Of a stretch of DNA of 64,000 nt, positions 48,938 to 59,893 are shown piece after piece (the first letter of the stretch is position 1; each line of letters opens with the position of its first letter). A program made the translations under genes and the position numbers. The notes below the pieces were generated by a model. It did no database searches. It was not told the DNA's origin and was given only the letters and a program-made list of their open reading frames with translations. Origin of the DNA: an uncultured Woeseiaceae bacterium (GTDB taxonomy: Bacteria > Pseudomonadota > Gammaproteobacteria > Steroidobacterales > Woeseiaceae); NCBI GenBank assembly GCA_947259285.1, contig CAMYMR010000003.1:318-64317 (forward strand), in the 5' to 3' direction.

Positions 48938-49627
48938 ATGGCAATAGTTATTGAGCAGGATCAGGGGATTACGAGCGACGCCGACGAGCGAATCGGACTC
49001 GAGTGTCCTTACTGCGGCATGTATGCGCACATGGAGCCACAGTCGGTGCCCGACGCGGCCTCCCTGCTTCGCGATAAACCCAAACACGTTGGGCTGGTTT
49101 ACAAGTGCGACGCCTGCGACGAGCCCGTGTTTCTGCGTTTTGCCGTTCGCGAGTACACGGACAATCGCGTCGAGCTGTACCGCAACTTTGTCGAGCTCGA
49201 GCGGCCCAAGGAACGCTTCGCATTTTCGTACCTGCCCAAACACACCGAGGTGCTGTTTCGGGAAGCGCTGTCGTGCTATTCGGGGGGCAATTTCAACGCC
49301 TTTGCGTCGATGTGCCGACGTTCAACCATCAGCGCCTTCGATGCGCTCGGTGAAGGCGGCAAGCTGCGGGCTTTCGAGGAAGTGATGGTTGCCCAGGAGA
49401 TCGCCGGTATCGACGATGAGTCGTTCGCCCCGATCAAGTCCGTGCTATTCGGTTCGGGACAGCATGAAGACCTGCCGTTGCTGACGCACGCGCAGGCCGG
49501 AATCCTTCTCGAGGTCCTGAAGGACATGTTCTACCAGTGCTTCGTCCGTCGCGGAAAGCTAACCCGGGCGATCAAGGTGCGTCGCTTCTTCGTCTCTGAA
49601 AACAACGACAACCTGGTTTCTGCCTAA
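48938..49627 (+). CDS. Hypothetical protein: N-terminal CxxC...CxxC zinc ribbon plus a DUF4145-like C-terminal domain
   Basis: CPYCG...CDAC zinc ribbon, then LFREALSCYSGGNFNAFASMCRRSTISAF, which matches my memory of the DUF4145 pattern. It is preceded by a 209-nt intergenic region that looks less GC-rich. Confidence 0.5.
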   Translation: MAIVIEQDQGITSDADERIGLECPYCGMYAHMEPQSVPDAASLLRDKPKHVGLVYKCDACDEPVFLRFAVREYTDNRVELYRNFVELERPKERFAFSYLPKHTEVLFREALSCYSGGNFNAFASMCRRSTISAFDALGEGGKLRAFEEVMVAQEIAGIDDESFAPIKSVLFGSGQHEDLPLLTHAQAGILLEVLKDMFYQCFVRRGKLTRAIKVRRFFVSENNDNLVSA

Positions 49628-49631
49628 TAAA

Positions 49632-49676
49632 GGGGACATTCTGCTTTTCTCGCGAAGAGAAAAGCAGAATGTCCCC
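49632..49676. repeat. REP-like palindromic hairpin, copy 3 of 3
   Basis: GGGGACATTCTGCTTTTCTC-GCGAA-GAGAAAAGCAGAATGTCCCC. It starts 5 nt after the stop of the 48938 ORF and ends 2 nt before the purL stop. Confidence 0.8.
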
Positions 49677-49678
49677 AA

Positions 49679-52600
49679 TCAACCCACAGCCGCTCTCGCG
49701 TTGCGAAACAGTCGCAACCAGGGTCCGTCTTCGCCCCACTCGTCCGGATGCCATGAATTCTGGCGCGTCAGTGCGACCCGCTCAGGGTGAGGCATCATGA
49801 TGGTCACGCGACCGTCCTCGTTGCTCAGGCCACAGATGCCGTCCAACGAACCGTTTGGGTTTGCAGGGTACTTGTCGGCAACTTCACCGTAGTTGTCGAC
49901 GTAGCGCATCGCAACCGTATACGAAGATGCATATCGAGCGCCGTCGTCTCGAAAGGCGGCGCGACCCTCGCCGTGCGATGTCGCGATGGGCATGCGAGAA
50001 CCCGCCATGCCCTGCAGGAACAGCGACGGACTTTCAACGACCTCGACAAGACTGAGGCGCGCTTCGAACTGCTCGGACTTGTTGCGCAAGAAGTCGGGCC
50101 AGTTTTCAGCGCCGGGTATCAGCTCGCGAAGATGGGACATCATCTGGCAGCCATTACAGACGCCCAGCGCGAAGGTATCGCGACGCTGGAAGAAGGCGCT
50201 GAAATCGTCGCGCGTTCTGGAATGGTAAAGGATCGACTTGGCCCATCCGCCGCCGGCGCCCAGCACATCGCCAAAAGAGAAACCGCCGCAGGCGACCAGG
50301 CCCTGGTAGTTCTCCAGCGTATCTCGACCGCTGAGCAGGTCGCTCATATGCACGTCAATCGCGGCAAAGCCCGCCCGCATGAAGGCTGCAGCCATCTCAT
50401 TCTGGCTGTTTACTCCCTGTTCGCGCAGGATTGCTATCCGCGGCTTCTCGCTGCCGCGATAGATACGGGCGATATCGTTTTTCGGATCAAAACTCAGTAC
50501 CGCATTCAGGCCAGGATCCTTATCGTCGAGCAGCCGCTCGAACTCCTCCGCCGCAGTGGCCGGATTGTCGCGCAGCGCCTGTATGCGGTAGCTCATCTCC
50601 GACCACTCGCGCTGCATGGTGGCCCGACTGAGTTCGAGCACAACATCGTCGTCGCTGCGTACCGTCAATGCCGGCTCTTCCTCGACGCGCCCGATCGCCG
50701 TCGCGGCAATGCCGTTACGATCGATGACCATTTGCACCTGCGTCAGTTTGCTCTTGGCTACCTGAACGACAGCGCCTACTTCTTCGTTGAACAGCGTTTT
50801 CAGCAGATCGACGCGCGACCCGCTCAGCGCCAGTGAAACACCGAGACGACTCGCAAACATCATTTCAGCGACCGTCGCAAACAATCCTCCGTCGCTCCGA
50901 TCATGGTAAGCCAGCAACATTCCGCGTGCGTTAAGCTCCTGGATGGCGGCAAAGAACTGCTTCAGCGATTGCGGTTCGTCGACGTCCGGGGTGTCGCCGC
51001 CCGTGCGCTGAAACGCTTGCGCCAGACAGGACCCTCCCAGGCGATCCTTGCCCGAACCCAGGTCAAATAACAACAGGTAGCTCGGCTCGTCGCAGCGACG
51101 CAGCTCCGGCGTGAGATGCCGCGTGACATCAGAAACCGGCGCAAATGCGGAGACAATCAAAGACACGGGTGCCACCACCTGGTAGTCGCCGGTCTCGTCG
51201 CTCCAACGCGTACGCATCGACATGGAATCCTTGCCAACCGGGATCGCGACGCCTATCTCGCGGCATAATTCGTCGCCAACTGCTTTCACCGTATCGAACA
51301 GGTTCGCGTCTTCGCCCGGATGCCCCGCGGCGGCCATCCAGTTGGCTGAAAGACGCACATCGCTCAGCCTGTCGATCGGCGCCGCGGCAATATTCGTAAT
51401 AGCCTCGGCGACTGCCATACGTCCCGATGCCGGGGCGTTGCTCGTGGCCAGCGGCGTGCGCTCACCCATCGCCATGGCCTCACCCGTCGTACTTCGGAAC
51501 CCCGACGCTGTGATCGCGACGTCACTGACCGCGACCTGCCACGGCCCGACGAGCTGGTCGCGTGCGCAGAGTCCGCCCACGGTGCGGTCGCCGATATGAA
51601 TCAGGAAGGACTTGTCGGCAACGGCCGGAAAACGGAGCACCCGAAACGCTGCATCCAGCAGTTCGATACCCGAAAGGTCGAGCTCGTCGCCAAGCGAGGG
51701 CGTTCGCTTGACATCCCGGTTCATCTTCGGCGGATTGCCGAGCAGCATTTGCATTGGCATGTCGACAACGTCGTTGTCGAAGTCTCGATCGGTAACCCGC
51801 AAATTGCCGTCGCTCGTCAGCGTTCCGATCACTGAAACCGGGCAGCGTTCGCGGTCGCACAGCGCTTCGAATGCATCAATATCGTCATCAGCAACGATTA
51901 ACACGTAGCGCTCCTGCGCTTCGTTGCACCAGATGCCCATCGGTGACATGCCCGGTTCGGCATTATCGATCAGGCGCAGCTCGATCTCCGCGCCATGCTT
52001 GCTGTGATCAACCGCCTCCGGCACGGCATTCGACAGGCCGCCTGCGCCGACGTCGTGGATCAGCAATATCGGGTTGTTATCCCCCATTTCCCAGCATCGA
52101 TCGATGACTTCCTGCGCGCGCCGCTCCATCTCCGGGTTGCCACGCTGCACGGAAGCAAAGTCGAGGTCCTCGCTCGAGGTACCGCTGGCAAGTGACGACG
52201 CCGCGCCGCCGCCGAGGCCGATAAGCATGGCGGGTCCGCCCAGTACCACAACTTTGGCGCCGACGGGCACATCGATCTTCCTCGCATGCTGGGCACGGAC
52301 GTTTCCGAGGCCGCCGGCGACCATGATCGGCTTGTGGTAGCCGCGAATCTCGTTGTCGGGCAGCCCGGGCACCCGACTCTCAAACGTGCGAAAGTAACCG
52401 GCGAGATTCGGCCGCCCGAATTCATTGTTGAAGGCGGCCCCGCCGATGGGCCCATCCATCATGATTTCCAGCGGCGTAGCCATCCGATCCGGATGCGGAA
52501 AGTCATCTTCCCAGGGTTGTCGATACCCGGGGATGCGCAGATGCGACACCGTGAATCCGGTCAAGCCGGCTTTCGGCTTCGCGCCCAGGCCGGTCGCGCC

Positions 52601-53557
52601 TTCGTCACGAATCTCGCCGCCAGCACCGGTTGCCGCACCCGGAAATGGAGATATCGCCGTGGGGTGATTGTGCGTCTCCACCTTCATCAGTATATGGATG
52701 GGTTCATCAATGAACTCGTATTGGCGATTCTCCGCGCCGGGCATCAGGCGTGCCCCATCAGACCCTTCGATCACGGCTGCATTATCGCTGTACGCGGACA
52801 GCACGCCATCCGGCGTCTTGTCGGTCGTCGACTTAATCATCGGAAACAGTCGCTGTTCTTGCGGCTCTCCGTCGATGACCCAGCTCGCGTTGAAAATCTT
52901 GTGCCGGCAGTGTTCGGAATTCGCCTGCGCAAACATCATGAGTTCCGCATCGGTCGGATCGCGGTCAAGATCAGCGTAACAGCGCTCGAGGTAGTCGATT
53001 TCGTCGTCCGACAGAGCGAGTCCGAGACCCACGTTGGCAGCAACCAGCGCCTGCCTTCCGTCACGCCTTAGCGGTACACCGACAACCGGCACCGGATCAT
53101 GGGCAGCGAACAGCGCGGCCGCTTCATCGACCTGGTCGAAAACCGTCTCGGTCATGCGATCGAAAAGCAGGTGGCTTAACGCGGTGACGGCGTCATCCTC
53201 AACCTTTGCAGAAAAGGTCAGGCCGTAGCAGATACCGCGTTCGACACGATTGACCGCTCCAATCTCGCAAGCTTTGACAATGTCGGTCGCCTTGCTGGAC
53301 CATGGGGAAATAGTCCCGGGGCGCGGTACGACATAGCGCTTTCGAGCGAGCTTTCCGAAGCGGGACGGTTTGTCTCCGGACAGCAGCAATGTGTCCAGTC
53401 GCGAGCGATCCTGCTTGCTGAGCGGGGCGTTGGTGTCCACGAGGTAGACAAATCGTGCGTCAATACGCTTGACGCGCCCATCCGCCCGTTGCAGTGCACG
53501 AGTCAGTTTCGCGAGGCGAAAATTGGACAGCGCCGACTGTCCGGGCAATTCCAGCAT
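49679..53557 (-). CDS. purL: Phosphoribosylformylglycinamidine synthase (single-chain large form)
   Basis: 1292 aa, [15 protein letters not shown]..., with a C-terminal glutaminase domain (GVCNGCQM). Confidence 0.95.
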   Translation of the reverse strand: MLELPGQSALSNFRLAKLTRALQRADGRVKRIDARFVYLVDTNAPLSKQDRSRLDTLLLSGDKPSRFGKLARKRYVVPRPGTISPWSSKATDIVKACEIGAVNRVERGICYGLTFSAKVEDDAVTALSHLLFDRMTETVFDQVDEAAALFAAHDPVPVVGVPLRRDGRQALVAANVGLGLALSDDEIDYLERCYADLDRDPTDAELMMFAQANSEHCRHKIFNASWVIDGEPQEQRLFPMIKSTTDKTPDGVLSAYSDNAAVIEGSDGARLMPGAENRQYEFIDEPIHILMKVETHNHPTAISPFPGAATGAGGEIRDEGATGLGAKPKAGLTGFTVSHLRIPGYRQPWEDDFPHPDRMATPLEIMMDGPIGGAAFNNEFGRPNLAGYFRTFESRVPGLPDNEIRGYHKPIMVAGGLGNVRAQHARKIDVPVGAKVVVLGGPAMLIGLGGGAASSLASGTSSEDLDFASVQRGNPEMERRAQEVIDRCWEMGDNNPILLIHDVGAGGLSNAVPEAVDHSKHGAEIELRLIDNAEPGMSPMGIWCNEAQERYVLIVADDDIDAFEALCDRERCPVSVIGTLTSDGNLRVTDRDFDNDVVDMPMQMLLGNPPKMNRDVKRTPSLGDELDLSGIELLDAAFRVLRFPAVADKSFLIHIGDRTVGGLCARDQLVGPWQVAVSDVAITASGFRSTTGEAMAMGERTPLATSNAPASGRMAVAEAITNIAAAPIDRLSDVRLSANWMAAAGHPGEDANLFDTVKAVGDELCREIGVAIPVGKDSMSMRTRWSDETGDYQVVAPVSLIVSAFAPVSDVTRHLTPELRRCDEPSYLLLFDLGSGKDRLGGSCLAQAFQRTGGDTPDVDEPQSLKQFFAAIQELNARGMLLAYHDRSDGGLFATVAEMMFASRLGVSLALSGSRVDLLKTLFNEEVGAVVQVAKSKLTQVQMVIDRNGIAATAIGRVEEEPALTVRSDDDVVLELSRATMQREWSEMSYRIQALRDNPATAAEEFERLLDDKDPGLNAVLSFDPKNDIARIYRGSEKPRIAILREQGVNSQNEMAAAFMRAGFAAIDVHMSDLLSGRDTLENYQGLVACGGFSFGDVLGAGGGWAKSILYHSRTRDDFSAFFQRRDTFALGVCNGCQMMSHLRELIPGAENWPDFLRNKSEQFEARLSLVEVVESPSLFLQGMAGSRMPIATSHGEGRAAFRDDGARYASSYTVAMRYVDNYGEVADKYPANPNGSLDGICGLSNEDGRVTIMMPHPERVALTRQNSWHPDEWGEDGPWLRLFRNARAAVG

Positions 53558-53630
53558 GTCGGTAGGTAGGACCTTATTCTCGCGTGGATGGCATAGGAAT
53601 CGTGATGATACTAGAACCTATGTCAACCAC

Positions 53631-53963
53631 CTACTTGTTGCGATCACCCGGCGTGTAGACGGGCAGCGGAAACTGCGCCACGTTGCCGCCCTCGAGCTTG
53701 CTGATCTTACTGACGCCGTGCTTGTCGACTTCGTCGATGCGGATAATCGAATGCATCGGCAGATAAGTGCGCCGCACGTTTTCAAATTCTGACTTGATGC
53801 GTTCCTCGGACGGATCGACAACCAGCGTCGTGCGCTCCCCGAAAACCAGTTCTTCGACCTGGACGAAGCCGAACAGGTCACCGTGATCGACATGCCGGGC
53901 ATAGATCTCATAGACCTGTCCCTGGCTCATGAAAACGACTTTGAAAATTGTCTTATCACTCAT
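53631..53963 (-). CDS. DUF1820-family small protein
   Basis: Start chosen at ATG 53963 (MSDKTIFKVVFMSQGQVYEIYARHV...). The family is recalled from Pseudomonas homologues (...VIFLNQGQVYE...FVFGER...). The position next to purL fits. Confidence 0.55.
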   Translation of the reverse strand: MSDKTIFKVVFMSQGQVYEIYARHVDHGDLFGFVQVEELVFGERTTLVVDPSEERIKSEFENVRRTYLPMHSIIRIDEVDKHGVSKISKLEGGNVAQFPLPVYTPGDRNK

Positions 53964-54117
53964 ATCGGCGATGCAGTGTACCCAAAACAAGCTTATATGG
54001 CTCGGTTTGCCGAAAATCAAGGCCTTAGCTATTTTCGGCGGCTTCGATTATGTGAACTGAGTATCAGCCTATCTCATTGATTCGATGCACAATTAAGCGC
54101 TGGTTGAGAGGAAAGCC

Positions 54118-55539
54118 ATGGCACTGCAACTCGAAATAGTCAGCGAGCACCGCGAACTCGTTGGTGACGACGCGGTACGCGAGTTCCACGAAGAAGGCGG
54201 CACCATCGGCCGTTCTCTGCAAAACGACTGGATACTGCCCGATCCTGATCGCTATATCTCCGGCCGTCACGCAACAATCGATCACAAAGGCGGCATCTAC
54301 TACCTGCTGGACACCAGCAGTAACGGCGTCTATTTCAATGACGAGGTCGAGCCGGTTGGCAAGGGCAATCCACGACGCCTGTTCAACGGCGACCGTATCC
54401 GCATGGGCGACTTCGAGTTCACGGTGTCGCTCGACTCCGGCGAGAGCCTGGTCGTGCCGCTGGACGCCGAACCCGCCGCCGCAGCGGATCACAGTCGGCA
54501 GGTCGTCGACGAGGTCTCGTTGCGCACCGGCGTGAAACTGCTGGACGAGGAAGAAATTACCGGCGATGACGAGTTCCAGTCGGTGCTGTTTGGAAATCCG
54601 AACGAGGCACCCAAGACGCCGCCGCCCGTCAAGGAAGAGAAACGTTCACCGATGCCGGCCGCCAATGATACGAAGCCGGAACGGAAGAAGACCCGGTCCG
54701 CATCGAGTTCGGCTGACGATCTTTTCAACTCATTCCTGGAAGGCGTAGGCATAACACCGACCGAACTCCACCCGTCGGTCAATCGTTCGGCGATGATGCT
54801 TACCGCCGGTCACGTGCTGCGTGAATTTGTTGAAGGCGCCGTGAATCTGCTGGCAGCCCGCGCCAACCTGAAGAATGCGTTCCAGCTTGATCAGACAACG
54901 GTTATGCCGCGGTACAACAACCCGATGAAGTTTTCCGAGAGCCCGGTGGACCTGATTAAGCAGCTGCTGGTCGGCGACGAGGGCGACTACCTCGGCGCCA
55001 AAGATTCCGTTCGCGAAGCCTGCCATGACCTCCTGAATCACCAGAACGCTTTTCTTGACGCCATGAACAGCGCGTTCATCGAATTCGCCGATCGATTCGC
55101 CCCTGAGGAACTTGAGGAAGGCTTCGATCGCGCGATGGGCGGCAGCAAGCTTCTGTCATTCATGAACAAGTCCAAGTATTGGGACCTGTATCGAGATCTT
55201 TACCCCATTCTGACCGAGAAAGGCGGCGGGCGATTCCCGCAGATGTTCGGCGAGGAGTTTGTCCGCGCCTACGAGCGCCAGGTCGCAGAGTACCAGCGTC
55301 GCGACCGCGAGAAACTGAACGAGACCCGCGCCGGCTCGACGGACCGCGAGCCGAACCTCGCGGCCACGCAAAAGCTCGTGCACAAGAAAATCTGGGCTGA
55401 GGAAAGCGAGGACGACGAAGACAGCACAAGTGTCAGCGACACGGCCGCGACCGATGTCGATCAGCTGGACCAGAGCTTCATCGACGAGCTCGATAACAGC
55501 ATGGCCGAAGATCTGTCCCAGGATCAGCTCAAAGCCTAG
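54118..55539 (+). CDS. tagH: TagH-like FHA-domain protein (T6SS-associated family) in an orphan context
   Basis: The N-terminal FHA domain ([28 protein letters not shown]...[12 protein letters not shown]...[11 protein letters not shown]) is typical of TagH/Fha1. A Pro/Lys linker follows, then a C-terminal TagH-like domain ([24 protein letters not shown]) and an acidic tail. Confidence 0.65.
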   Translation: MALQLEIVSEHRELVGDDAVREFHEEGGTIGRSLQNDWILPDPDRYISGRHATIDHKGGIYYLLDTSSNGVYFNDEVEPVGKGNPRRLFNGDRIRMGDFEFTVSLDSGESLVVPLDAEPAAAADHSRQVVDEVSLRTGVKLLDEEEITGDDEFQSVLFGNPNEAPKTPPPVKEEKRSPMPAANDTKPERKKTRSASSSADDLFNSFLEGVGITPTELHPSVNRSAMMLTAGHVLREFVEGAVNLLAARANLKNAFQLDQTTVMPRYNNPMKFSESPVDLIKQLLVGDEGDYLGAKDSVREACHDLLNHQNAFLDAMNSAFIEFADRFAPEELEEGFDRAMGGSKLLSFMNKSKYWDLYRDLYPILTEKGGGRFPQMFGEEFVRAYERQVAEYQRRDREKLNETRAGSTDREPNLAATQKLVHKKIWAEESEDDEDSTSVSDTAATDVDQLDQSFIDELDNSMAEDLSQDQLKA

Positions 55540-57485
55540 TCCCTGCGATTCTGCCTGTTGCCGATCAGGTCGTCGACGACCGCCGGATCGGCGAGCGTTG
55601 ACGTATCGCCGAGGTTGTCAAAGTCATCGGCGGCAACTTTTCTCAAGATGCGGCGCATGATCTTGCCTGAGCGCGTTTTCGGCAGTCCCGGCGCCCACTG
55701 GATGAGGTCGGGTTTGGCGATAGGTCCGATTTCCCGGCGGACCCAGGTCTGCAGCTCGGCGCGCAGCTCGTCACTGGCCTCAATACCTTCCATCAGCGTG
55801 ACATAGGCATAGATACCCTGACCCTTGATATCGTGGGGGTACCCGACCACGGCCGCCTCGGCGACGTGCTCGTTCGATACCAGCGCGCTCTCGATCTCGG
55901 CCGTTCCCATACGATGTCCGGAGACGTTGAGTACGTCATCGACCCTGCCTGTAATCCAGTAGTAGCCATCCTCGTCGCGACGAACGCCGTCGCCCGTGAA
56001 ATAGCTGCCCTCAAACGTAGCAAAGTAGGTATCGATAAAGCGCTGATGATCGCCATAGACGGAACGCATCTGGCCCGGCCAGCTGTCGGTAATAATCAGG
56101 TTGCCTTCGACCGCACCGTGGAGCGAGTTACCTTCGCCGTCGACGATCTCCGGCTTGATGCCGAACAGCGGTTTGGTCGCGGACCCGGGTTTCAGCGCGG
56201 TGGCACCCGGTAGCGGGCTGATGAGTATGCCGCCGGTCTCCGTCTGCCACCAGGTATCGACGATCGGGCACCGCGAATCACCGACAACCCGGTAGTACCA
56301 GTCCCACGCCTCGGGATTAATGGGTTCGCCCACCGAGCCGAGCAGGCGCAGACTCTTCCGGGAGGTGCTTTCAACAGGCTCATCGCCCTCGCGCATCAGT
56401 GCCCGAATCGCGGTCGGAGCCGTGTAACAGATATTGACCTGGTGCTTGTCACAAACCTCCCAGAAACGCGATGACGTCGGGTAGTTCGGTACACCTTCAA
56501 ACATCAGCGTAATCGCACCGTTTGCGAGCGGCCCGTAAACAATATAGGTGTGCCCTGTCACCCAACCCACATCGGCCGTGCACCAGTAGATGTCCCCGGG
56601 GTGATAGTCGAACACATACTCGTGGGTCATTGCGGCAAAAACGAGGTAGCCACCGCTGGTATGCAGGACGCCTTTCGGCTTTCCGGTAGAGCCAGACGTG
56701 TACAGAATAAACAGCGGATCCTCGGCCCCCATTTCCTCGCAAGGACATTCGGCGTCGACTTCTTTTTCGATCTCGTGCAACCAGACGTCACGGCCATCAA
56801 CCCAGCCGACATCAGCGCCCGTATTCCTGACGACGAGGACCTTTTCGAGGGTCGTTACGTCCGGATTGGCGGCCGCGGCATCGACGTTTGCTTTTAAAGG
56901 CACGCGCTTGCCGCCGCGAAGACCCTGGTCAGCCGTAATCACGATCGTCGAATCACAGTCGATGATCCGCCCCGCCAGCGCGTCCGGTGAGAAACCGCCA
57001 AACACAACCGAATGGACCGCGCCAATGCGCGCACAGGCCAGCATCGCGACCGCCGCATCCGGGATCATCGGCATATAGATAGTGACACGGTCACCTTTCT
57101 TGGCCCCCAGCGCTTTGAGCGAATTCGCGAATCGGCAAACGCGCGCATGGAGCTCGCTGTAAGTGATCTTGAGATCATTCGCCGGGTCATCGCCCTCCCA
57201 GATGATCGCGACGTCGTCGCCCTTGGTCTCGAGATGCCGATCGATACAGTTGTAACAGACGTTCAGCGAGCCGTCCTGGTACCAGCGGATGTGCAAATCG
57301 TCCTTCGCGAAGGAAACGTCCTTGACCTCGGTAAACGGTTTGATCCAGTCGATCCGTTTGGCCTGCTCCGCCCAAAACCCCTCGTTGTCTTCGATCGATC
57401 GCTTGTACATCGCCTCGTACTGGGCTTCATCGACCAACGCGCGTTCTCGCACCTCGGCCGGGACCGGATAAATCTGTTCTGCCAT
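55536..57485 (-). CDS. acs: Acetyl-CoA synthetase
   Basis: 649 aa with [26 protein letters not shown] and the C-terminal SGKIMRR motif. Confidence 0.95.
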   Translation of the reverse strand: MAEQIYPVPAEVRERALVDEAQYEAMYKRSIEDNEGFWAEQAKRIDWIKPFTEVKDVSFAKDDLHIRWYQDGSLNVCYNCIDRHLETKGDDVAIIWEGDDPANDLKITYSELHARVCRFANSLKALGAKKGDRVTIYMPMIPDAAVAMLACARIGAVHSVVFGGFSPDALAGRIIDCDSTIVITADQGLRGGKRVPLKANVDAAAANPDVTTLEKVLVVRNTGADVGWVDGRDVWLHEIEKEVDAECPCEEMGAEDPLFILYTSGSTGKPKGVLHTSGGYLVFAAMTHEYVFDYHPGDIYWCTADVGWVTGHTYIVYGPLANGAITLMFEGVPNYPTSSRFWEVCDKHQVNICYTAPTAIRALMREGDEPVESTSRKSLRLLGSVGEPINPEAWDWYYRVVGDSRCPIVDTWWQTETGGILISPLPGATALKPGSATKPLFGIKPEIVDGEGNSLHGAVEGNLIITDSWPGQMRSVYGDHQRFIDTYFATFEGSYFTGDGVRRDEDGYYWITGRVDDVLNVSGHRMGTAEIESALVSNEHVAEAAVVGYPHDIKGQGIYAYVTLMEGIEASDELRAELQTWVRREIGPIAKPDLIQWAPGLPKTRSGKIMRRILRKVAADDFDNLGDTSTLADPAVVDDLIGNRQNRRD

Positions 57486-57516
57486 GATGTTTTGCCTTCC
57501 TGTCTTGACTCTTGGT

Positions 57517-58368
57517 CTACTTCAACATTTTCAATAAACGCTGCGCCTGAACGAGGTGCGGCCGATCGATCATCCGACCATCCAGACCGACCGTTCCGAC
57601 ACCCGGGTTCGCGGCAAACAGCGCAACGATGCGTTCGGCTCTTTCTATCTCCGCCGCTGACGGCAAGAACGCCGCATTGATCGCTTCGACCTGCGCCGGA
57701 TGAATCGCGAGCATTCCGCTGAAACCGTCCCGACGTGCACGGGCTGCATAGCGTAGCAGCCCATCGTGATCTCGGAAGTCCGTAAAGACCGTATCCAATG
57801 CCGTAACTTCCGCTGCTGCCGCCGCCAGCAGGCAGAACGATCGTGCCATTTCGTAAAGCGGCAGCCAGTTGCCCTGCTCGTCACGATTCGCAGTCGCGCC
57901 GACGGCGGCGCTCAGATCCTCGGCGCCCCATGACAAGCCAAACAGACGCTCTGTAGCCCCCGCGTAGCTGTCCAGCGTGAACAACGCCTCCGGCCTCTCG
58001 GTACACAGCGCGATTATTTGCGTTTGGCCCGCCTGAATCCCGTGCCGTTGCTCGAGAACGTCAATATGCCCGGACAGTTTGACAACATCGGCCGCGCTAC
58101 GAGGCTTTGGCAACACGATGCCGGCAGGCTTTGAAGGCATGACGGCGTCCAGATCGAGCAGCGCGTCGTCGCTGTCGACAGGATTAATACGAACCCAGAC
58201 CTTGTCTTTACCTGGCAGATATTCCGCGGCAATAAGCCGCGCTTCGCCTCTGGCATCTGCCGCGACCGAGTCCTCGAGGTCAACGATCAGCGCATCGGCG
58301 CCGGCACTACCTGCCTTCTCGAGCTTGCGTCGGCTGTCGGCCGGAACAAACAAGAAGCTGCGATTCAC
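57517..58368 (-). CDS. HpcH/HpaI aldolase / CitE-like acyl-CoA lyase
   Basis: Start chosen at GTG 58368 ([12 protein letters not shown]), which forms a GTGA overlap with the MaoC stop. The [10 protein letters not shown] motif is present. Confidence 0.75.
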   Translation of the reverse strand: MNRSFLFVPADSRRKLEKAGSAGADALIVDLEDSVAADARGEARLIAAEYLPGKDKVWVRINPVDSDDALLDLDAVMPSKPAGIVLPKPRSAADVVKLSGHIDVLEQRHGIQAGQTQIIALCTERPEALFTLDSYAGATERLFGLSWGAEDLSAAVGATANRDEQGNWLPLYEMARSFCLLAAAAAEVTALDTVFTDFRDHDGLLRYAARARRDGFSGMLAIHPAQVEAINAAFLPSAAEIERAERIVALFAANPGVGTVGLDGRMIDRPHLVQAQRLLKMLK

Positions 58369-58817
58369 GCAGGTCTTCTCAGCATCAGCGCCGACCGCTT
58401 GCATTCGGCCACGAGCTCATCATGTTGATTGAACGCCCGGTGAGAAAAAATCACGATGCCATTGTCGGGGCGCGACTTGCTGTCGCGCAGCTCCAGCACC
58501 TCCGTCTGTATATGGATCGTGTCGCCGCAAAATAATGGTTGTGGGAAACGCACGTCGTCCCAGCCGAGATTCGCGACCGCAGTTCCGTGCGTTGTATCGT
58601 TAACAGAGATACCCACCATGAAGCTCAGGGTAAGGCAACTGTTGATGATTGGTCTGCCGAATTCCGTGCCGCTCATATACTCGGCGTCGAGATGCAGAGC
58701 CGCAGGGTTGTGCGTCATCGTCGTCAAGAGCACATTATCGGTTTCGGTAATCGTCCGACGTATCGGGTGCTCGATAATCTGGCCGACGCTGAATTCCTCG
58801 AAATACAGTCCTGGCAT
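58365..58817 (-). CDS. MaoC-family (R)-specific enoyl-CoA hydratase/dehydratase
   Basis: Start chosen at ATG 58817 (MPGLYFEEFSVGQIIEH...). It has hot-dog fold hydratase-like sequence (TMTHNPAALHLD). Confidence 0.75.
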   Translation of the reverse strand: MPGLYFEEFSVGQIIEHPIRRTITETDNVLLTTMTHNPAALHLDAEYMSGTEFGRPIINSCLTLSFMVGISVNDTTHGTAVANLGWDDVRFPQPLFCGDTIHIQTEVLELRDSKSRPDNGIVIFSHRAFNQHDELVAECKRSALMLRRPA

Positions 58818-58968
58818 TTGCGGCTCGCAAGCTGTTTCGGGCGAGAGGTAATTGTGCCAGCGTAGCGCACAGCAATACAGTAGCAAGAGCATGATTGCGC
58901 GTTGTATTTTCGTTGACGTAGCGCATAATCACACGGGTAGTTGCTATTTCAGCTTTACGGGAACGCTC

Positions 58969-59889
58969 ATGAAACTGACTCGACGTGAATTTACAAAGGC
59001 GAGTCTTGGCGCCGCGTCGCTCACGATGCTGTGCAGTTCGGGCGCACTCGCCGACGCCGCGCGCTTGATGACGAAGACCATACCGTCTTCGGGCGAACAG
59101 CTTCCGGTCATCGGCCTTGGCACCAATCGCTACGGCGTCGGCCAAACCGAGACAGCGCGGGCTCCCCTGCGAGCGGCACTGGAACGCTTTCATCGATTGG
59201 GCGGTAGCGTCATCGACACGGCGCCTATGTACCGCACCTCGGAATCGGTACTTGGTGACCTGATTGCGGAACTCGGAATTCGCGAGGATTTGTTCCTGGC
59301 AACGAAGGCGGATCGTACCGACAGCGGCGCTGGCACCATGGAACAGATGCAGGAGTCGATGAGCAGGCTGAAGACGGACCGCATCGACCTGATGCAGGTC
59401 CACAACCTGCGCGGATGGCGGCATGCGCTGCCTGCCATGCGGGATTGGCAGCAGGAGGGCCGCATCCGCTACATTGGAATTACGACCTCGCGATCATCGC
59501 AATACGCGGAATTCGAGCAGGTCATGCGGCGGGAAGAGCTCGACTTCGTGCAGGTGAACTATTCGCTCGAACAGCGCGAAGCGGCCGAGCGAATTCTGCC
59601 GCTTGCAGCGGAACGTGGAATGGCCGTGATGATCAACCGGGCTTTCGGCGGTGGCCGCATTTTCGACAAGGTAGGCGACCGGCCGGTACCGTACTGGGCA
59701 GAAGCGTTCGGATGCACCAGCTGGGCGCAGTTCCTGCTGAAGTACGCGATTAGTCACCCGGCCGCGACGCTCTGTATTCCGGGAATGACGAAACTTCGTC
59801 ATGTCGATGACAACTTCGGTGCCGCGCGGGGCAGGCTACCCGATGCGGAGGAACGAATGCGGCAGGAGGAATTCTTCGACGCGCTGTAA
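58969..59889 (+). CDS. Aldo/keto reductase with a twin-arginine (Tat) signal peptide
   Basis: Start chosen at ATG 58969 (MKLTRREFTKASLGAASLTMLCSSGALA). AKR-like body (GLGTNRYG, IDTAPMY, DLMQVHN). Confidence 0.75.
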   Translation: MKLTRREFTKASLGAASLTMLCSSGALADAARLMTKTIPSSGEQLPVIGLGTNRYGVGQTETARAPLRAALERFHRLGGSVIDTAPMYRTSESVLGDLIAELGIREDLFLATKADRTDSGAGTMEQMQESMSRLKTDRIDLMQVHNLRGWRHALPAMRDWQQEGRIRYIGITTSRSSQYAEFEQVMRREELDFVQVNYSLEQREAAERILPLAAERGMAVMINRAFGGGRIFDKVGDRPVPYWAEAFGCTSWAQFLLKYAISHPAATLCIPGMTKLRHVDDNFGAARGRLPDAEERMRQEEFFDAL

Positions 59890-59893
59890 GACG

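Noticed and set aside
49787-50836. 349-aa plus-strand ORF inside purL, plus the many similar 60-260-aa ORFs opposite purL, fimV, parC and acs
   Set aside because: All are antisense or out-of-frame shadows of long, clearly homologous genes.
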